64,000 nucleotides of DNA. Origin: Macrostomum lignano (Eukaryota). Positions within the stretch are counted from its first letter, which is position 1, and every line of letters starts with the position of its first letter. Under the pieces are notes generated by a model. The model was not told the origin of the DNA. It saw only the letters and a program-made list of their open reading frames with translations, and made no database searches. Below, in pieces: positions 30,686 to 64,000 of the stretch. Made by a program: the position numbers and the translations under genes. The stretch covers positions 62,001 through 126,000 of the forward strand of contig NIVC01002565.1 in the NCBI GenBank assembly GCA_002269645.1, in the 5' to 3' direction.

Positions 30686-33600
30686 ATGAATAAGCTCCAC
30701 GCTGCCAAAGGAGCGACATTCTGTCTGCAAATTAATTTACAGCATTGCGTATCTGCGTCAGTAAATCTGATGAAGATTGCTGAGCTGTACAGGCCAGGCC
30801 TCATCCTGATCCAGGAACCCTGGATGCGCAACGGTAAGTTGCCCAACATTCCCTCTGGCTACTCTGATTTTTATGTGTGTGGCCCGGGGAACAGCCGCCC
30901 TAGAGCGGCTATCCTCGCTGCTAGCCATCTCCAGGCTTGGCTGAGGACTGATCTCTCTGATGGAGACCTTTGCGTCATCCAATCTAATCATTTCTCTCCG
31001 CGTACGTGTCTTGTTGCCTCGGTTTATATCCCAGGCGACAGAGACCCTGCTCCTGAGAGTTTACTGCGCCTCGCGCAGTACTGCGAGTCCCAGAACGCTG
31101 AGCTGTGCTTAGGGGGCGACCTCAACGCGCACCACAAGCACTGGGGCAGCAAAGATACCAACACTAGAGGAGAGGAGCTTTTGGCCCTCATCTCTAACAC
31201 AAACCTCATGCTCTGCAACCGCGGCAGCACTCCTACCTTTAATAATGGCAGATGGACCGAGGTCCTCGACGCCACACTCGTTACCCCAAGACTCTTTGAC
31301 AGAGTTGAGGAGTGGAGAGTCTGGTCTGAGGAGCCCTCCCTGTCTGACCACTGCTTTATCGCCTTTAACATCGCGGACACTAAAACCCAGTCTCCGATCA
31401 CTTGGAGACGCAATATCCGCAACACTGATTGGGCGGCCTACAAGGCTGCCCTTGATCTGCACCTGCAGGAACTCACGGACTTACGTCCGATTGAGACCTG
31501 CGAGGATGTGGATCATATGGCTGAGACGCTGACAGGTTGCATTATTGAAGCCTACGAAGCGGCTTGTCCTGCTCGCGCCTACAAAGGCAAGACCTCGGCG
31601 CCGTGGTGGAACCCGGAGCTGGGGAAACTCAGGCGGAAGGCCAAAAGCCTTCATCGCCGTGCCATGAAGACCGGAAACCCGGAGGACATGGAGCTTTTCC
31701 GGCAAGCCTCCCGCAATTTCAAATCTGAAGTGCGCAAGGCCAAGGAATGTAAGTGGCGCCAATTCTGCAATGAATTGGATCAAGACAGACCTACTTCTAG
31801 GCTTGTCAAGGCCCTTACAATGGACAAAATGTCCAAATTAGCCATGATCAAAAAAGATGATGGCTCTCTTACTAAAGACCCTGAAGAAGTGCTTCAGCAT
31901 ATGCTTAGCACATTCTTCCCGAGGGTACCTACTGCTAGACCGGAGCCCAACCATTCGATGGATGGAGCCACCCTAGCGGCGGGCATTGTCACTGAAGACC
32001 TAATCGCTCGTGCGGTCAGAACCTTCAAACCCTTCAAATCTCCTGGACCTGATGGTATCTACCCTGTTCTCCTTCGTGAAGCAGCCAAGATACCCTCGTT
32101 CCTGAGACTCACCGCAATCTTATGCGGGCCTCTATCCAGCTGGGATACGTTCCCAAATGCTGGACTGAAGCTCGGTAGTCTTTATTCCCAAACCTGGGAA
32201 GGGTGACTACCAAAGCGTCAAGGCCTTCCGGCCTATTAGCTTAACGTCAGCAATGCTTAAGCTCACTGAGAGGCTTATTCTCTGGCGGCTGCTGTCCTGC
32301 GAGCTGACAGCGATGCCCCTCAGCAATAATCAGCACGCCTTCCGTACCGGGAGGTCGACTGACAGCGCCCTGCATGCGATTGTCGAGAAGATTGAAAGGG
32401 CGGTACTGGGTGACGGTTACGCTCTGGCTCTCTTTCTTGACATTGTTGGCGCCTTCGACAACGTTATCTTTGAAGCGTTTCAGAGGGCCCTTCAAAATCG
32501 CAAAGCTCATGCTACCCTCATACGGTGGATCATGTACATGATCTCCAACCGTACGGTCACTGCCCAACTTCTTGGGCAAACTGCCTCCACCAGAGTCTGT
32601 AAGGGTGGACCCCAAGGCGGAGTCCTCACCCCGACGCTCTGGAACCTGGTCATGGACGCTCTTTTGAGTGACTCCCGACCCGACCCCGTATTCAAAGTCG
32701 GGTATGCTGATGACGTCACGGCCATTGTGGCAGGACCGTCTCCCAGCACGCTCAGGGATCTGATGCAGAGCTTTATCCGCAAAGCAGAATCCTGGGCCAA
32801 TGACAATGGTCTGGAACTCTCTGAGCCCAAAACCGTTGCCATTATGTTTACCAGCAGACTACGCTGGAACATACGTCCTCTGCAGCTCTACGGCAGAGAT
32901 ATTGCCTTCGCGCACCAGACCAGATGTCTCGGGGTCATACTTGACCACCGGCTCAACTGGTCCTCCACGTGAAAGCAAAAGCCAAGCGTGCCTCAGCCAT
33001 CCTGGCCCAGCTCCGACGAGCACTTGGCACTTCTTGGGGTCTATCCCCAAAGCGGCTTTGGTGGATCTATACTTCCGTAGTTAGACCTGCCATTACGTAC
33101 GCCTCTGTTGTCTGGGTTAGCGCTACCCAGGTCAAAAGCCATGCAGACCTGCTCAACACGATCCAAGGCAGAGCGTGTAGGCTCATCTGCAACGCCACCA
33201 GGTCCACGCCCTTTGCTGGCATGGGGGCCTTCCTTAATCTTCCGCCTCTTGACCTCTTCATCAGGGTGAGGCGGCTAGAACGACGCGGCGTCTAATTGAT
33301 GCCGGCGTCAAATTCATTTACATGAGAGCACCTGCTAAGCGGAACCTTGTCCCGCATAGCGATCTGTGCCTCAACTTTCTCAACGAGTGTCAGGCCAATC
33401 GCGTCTTCACCGATGGCATTGCCTCAACGCTCAACCTGAGACAGCGCTACTCCGTAGCTATCGACTCGCGCGATAACATCAATGACCAATGGAACCCTGG
33501 TGAGCTTCATTGCTACACCGACGGTTCTAAGCAGTCAGCCAACACCGGCTTTGGTGTTGGAATCTTTCTGAACGGGAGGGTCATCGCTACCCACGCTCAA

Positions 33601-34422
33601 TACACTGGGGTCAACTCCAGTGTTTTCCAAAATGAAGTTCTGGCCATCAGCTCCTGCACTGCAGAGCTTCTCGCCACTGGCGTTACTGGTAAGAACATCA
33701 TTTTCCATTCGGACAGCCAAGCTGCCTTGCACGCCATCAGTGGCTGCAGCACCAACTCTGCTACAGTCCTCGACTGTATCAAACTCCTCAACGTGTTGGG
33801 TTCCGCCAACAAAATTACCCTTAAGTGGGTTCCGGGGCATGTGGGGATCCGAGGAAATGAGTTGGCTGACACCCTTGCAAAAGTTGGTGCCTCCGGCTCC
33901 TCTCTCGGCCCCGAACCTCTTGTCCCGATTCCTGGCTGTGTCATCGACTCGCGCATCAAAGCGTGGATCAGGACTCAGCACCGCTCGACTTGGGCGAACC
34001 GCACGAACTGCAGGCAATCCAGAGGCGCTGTCCCTCAGCCCTCTCACCAGCTCCGGAAGCTCCTCTTGCGCCTCTCGCGCAGAGACATCCGGGCTGCCAC
34101 CATGACCCTCTCTGGTCACGGCTGCTTCTCCAGGCACCAGCACCTGCAGGGCAACGCCACCAACGCCACCTGCAGTTTCTGCAACTCAGGTGACGAAACC
34201 GCTGAGCATTTCGTCAGCATCTGTCCCGCCTTCACGCGGGCCAGACTCACTTACCTCGGGCCACACACATCTATTACTGAAGCGTGCAAACCCGAAAACT
34301 TTAATCAGCTCATGCGCTACCTTCGGGCCACCCGCAGGGCTGAACTCTCCTTTCCAGAGAGCACTATAGCTGCTGGCGACACTGGGGGACCTCCCTGGGC
34401 GGCGCCAACCCTCCGTCCATAG
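30686..34422 (+). CDS. ORF2 of the LOA-like element: APE endonuclease, reverse transcriptase, RNase H, CCHC (split by several 1-nt indels)
   Basis: ORF-track pieces 30686-32206, 32253-32972, 32969-33295 and 33322-34422 are consecutive domains of one protein. Confidence 0.92.
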
Positions 34423-34929
34423 CGACGCGTCGGCCGTTCAGGGACTAGCGGAATGGGCGCTCGCGCCTTCCCGCTGTGTCCCCTCCGGGACAGCCCTGCA
34501 GCTAAGTCAAAGTCAAGCAGTGGACACGCAATGCAGACAGAATCTGCCGTGTGGCTAAAATGCGCTACAGTAAAAAAGCATTGCGGGCAATTCACTCGCG
34601 GTCAAATAGCACTGCGGGCAAATCTCGGCTGGCAATTCTCGGCGGGCAATGTTCGGCGGGCAATGTTCGGCGGGCAATCTTCGGCGGGCAATGTTCGGCG
34701 GGCAACTCTCGGCGGGAAAAAATTCGGCGGGCAATTCTCGGCGGGCAATTCGCTCACGGGCAAAATGCACTGTGGGCAATTCTCATGGACCCCCCAAGCA
34801 GCTAAGTGCATGTAATGCAAATCGTGAAAAAACCATAGACTATTATGGGCAAGCTATTATTTCTTAATCCATACGTATTCATGCAACTACGCTCAACTAC
34901 ATACTTAATCAAACACTCGCAAACAAACA

Positions 34930-35340
34930 ATGAAAAGGTTGCAGACTCGCCACTTCGATGACGCCGAGATCATCATGGGCCTGTACGTCAAAGAGTACTT
35001 CGATCCGTTCCGACCGGACGAACTCATCAATAAGCTTATCGATCGGTGCTGCACTATCCGGCAGAACATCAACAAGCCTCTATCGACTGAGAGCCTCAAG
35101 GCGCCTGTCAACATTAGCCAGCGCCGGTCAGCCATGACTCTGGTGGGCGTGATCACCGGCTACGTTGAACTGCGGTTCAATCACTACAGCACCATCCTGG
35201 AGCCTGGCGAGCTGGCCTTCATGCCGCCCGGCAGCGTCTACCTAGTGCTCTCTGTAGTGGACAAGGAATATTATTCCGACCGGAAATACGAAGCTCGGAT
35301 AGTGTACGCCGAATACCCGGCTAAGATCAACTACTTTTAG
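34930..35340 (+). CDS. 136-aa single-exon cupin-fold protein resembling the C-terminal cupin of CENP-C/Mif2
   Basis: GC3-rich coding-like ORF with A-rich context AAACAAACAATG. The segment LVGVITGYVELRFNHYSTILEPGELAFMPPGSVY...EARIVYAE fits the cupin V..G.V......L..G..F.P.G..Y pattern, without the metal-binding His. Confidence 0.6.
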   Translation: MKRLQTRHFDDAEIIMGLYVKEYFDPFRPDELINKLIDRCCTIRQNINKPLSTESLKAPVNISQRRSAMTLVGVITGYVELRFNHYSTILEPGELAFMPPGSVYLVLSVVDKEYYSDRKYEARIVYAEYPAKINYF

Positions 35341-36635
35341 TAGCAAAATGGCCTGTTTAGCGTGATTTGAGACTTCTGGAAATTTAGAAATTGAAATTTA
35401 ACAAAACTACATTTAATTTCAATTGTTCAGGTTAACATTTATCCTCCCAAAACTGTTACAGTTTTAATAACCTAGTTAAAGTTTGAAGAGTCCATGATTT
35501 TGTTTTGTTAATGACAAAACTAGAAAGCAATTTCAGTTGTGAGCCCTGCTAAAATTAATATTTTGTATGCGGGTGAATTTACTATACCGCAATTTGTTTT
35601 CCGTGTTTTGGCGCCCTGGAAACTGGATCAAGGGTAATAAATTATCGTGGCCACTGATGACTAAACGAATGACCTTAAGTGAGGATGTATAGGGAAGCAA
35701 GAACTTTGTCACAGTTTTGGGCTAGAGTTGACAAATCTCTTCTATTCAGAGCGGTTTGGCTTTCTTTGGCATGCTGATTAACTGTGTCAGTTTAAATCAT
35801 AATTAATACCTATGTGCTCGATAGGTGCGCAGTAGCCGTATTAGTGCCCGGCCTGAGGTCGTTAATCATGCCATCAATGCCCCTCTGATCCCCTGCCGGG
35901 TCTTCATCACTGTCATTGAAGCATATAGCGGCAAGAAAGCTGCAAGAATGCTTTTTTGGCACTGAGCGAGCGCAGGCCCAGCCAATTTAACTGAAAGCTT
36001 TCTGGCGATGAGATTCAAGTGTCTCTTGGACTGCCCCCAATTTTGCCTTACTAATCAGATCTGCCATTTAATGTCTCTCAGGGCTATTGACTATCGGAAC
36101 CAAATTTATTCATCGAAATTCGACGTTGAGCTCGGGAAGTGGATAATACGGAATTATAGAGCAATCAGAGCATTGGAGATAGCTCTAGCGGCCAAAATGG
36201 GGCACTTCCGGTGCGTCCTCGGATGGCAGTTTAGAGTTTTTAATCGCTAGGGAGCTGATCAGCTGCTGAACTGCCTAAGTTGCAGATTTCGGGATTAACA
36301 ATCGATTAGTATCGATTGCACGGATTCGTTCGGCTATTAAGGAAGATGCTGGCAGCTGAACTGCGTCACGAGGCCAGAGAGCATCGAGCAGAGTGCCAGG
36401 TTTTTTTAGAATACGAGCCAGCTTTGTCTCAAAGTTGCAGGCACCCACACCTGACTCATTGGCGGGCACCGGGCTGGCACCCAATAGCCGACTAGCGGCA
36501 GCACACGGCGTCCTGCTTGGCCGTCCAATCCTAAAAATTGAAGGCCGGAATATTTGCGAGCCCGTCGGGGATCTGGCGGGCTGTGGAAACCTTCAGCCTG
36601 CGGTGTCTGACGGGCGGCCAGGCCTGCGAAGCAGT

Positions 36636-64000
<27,365 letters not shown>

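Larger units (their letters stand above)
28631..34514 (+). mobile_element. Full-length non-LTR retrotransposon, LOA/Lian-like (I group): ORF1 + APE-RT-RNase H-CCHC ORF2
   Basis: 11-bp TSD AAGCAGTGGAC at 28620-28630 and 34515-34525. ORF2 has APE LQINLQH/IQEPW/GGDLNAHH/SDH, RT PQGGVLTPTLWNL/GYADD, RNase H YTDGSK...WVPGHVGIRGNELAD and a C-terminal CCHC. Ends in a short AGTCAA repeat tail. Confidence 0.93.
28236..34795. mobile_element. Non-autonomous foldback/MITE-like element with tandem-repeat inverted arms (28236-28420 and 34530-34795), split by the LINE insertion
   Basis: The left arm (GAGTGAATTGCCCGC)n + GCATTTAGCCACGGCAAC...TTCTGTTTGCATTG is the imperfect reverse complement of the right arm CAATGCAGACAGAA...GTGGCTAAAATGC + (GGCGGGCAAT..)n. 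Confidence 0.7.

Overview
Eukaryotic (animal) genomic DNA, not prokaryotic. It has GT-AG introns, Pol III tRNAs, SINEs and minisatellite-filled introns, and GC-rich exons in an AT-rich background. The style suggests a free-living flatworm such as Macrostomum, but that is inference only. Host genes: a probable Na/K-ATPase beta first exon plus a broken tandem copy (1-1637, -), tRNA-Ala, intronless LSM7, a compact Discs-large MAGUK (PDZ-SH3-GUK only, -), a 136-aa stand-alone cupin, and a ~46-exon divergent IP3-receptor-family channel (36636 to beyond 64000, +) with tRNA-Met in one intron. Mobile elements: a full-length LOA-like non-LTR retrotransposon with an 11-bp TSD nested in a foldback element, two truncated relatives, five CORE-like SINEs, and a very young Ty3/Gypsy element (9782-20400, -). 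The Gypsy element is the main candidate for a new system. Its single 2421-aa ORF reads Gag - acidic linker - signal peptide/herpesvirus-gB-like class III fusogen/TM - protease - RT - RNase H - integrase, so Env lies INSIDE the polyprotein between Gag and Pol. Downstream it also carries an N-myristoylated tandem-RING accessory ORF broken by one base. All family assignments come from motif recognition by eye; no database searches were run, so novelty is not established.
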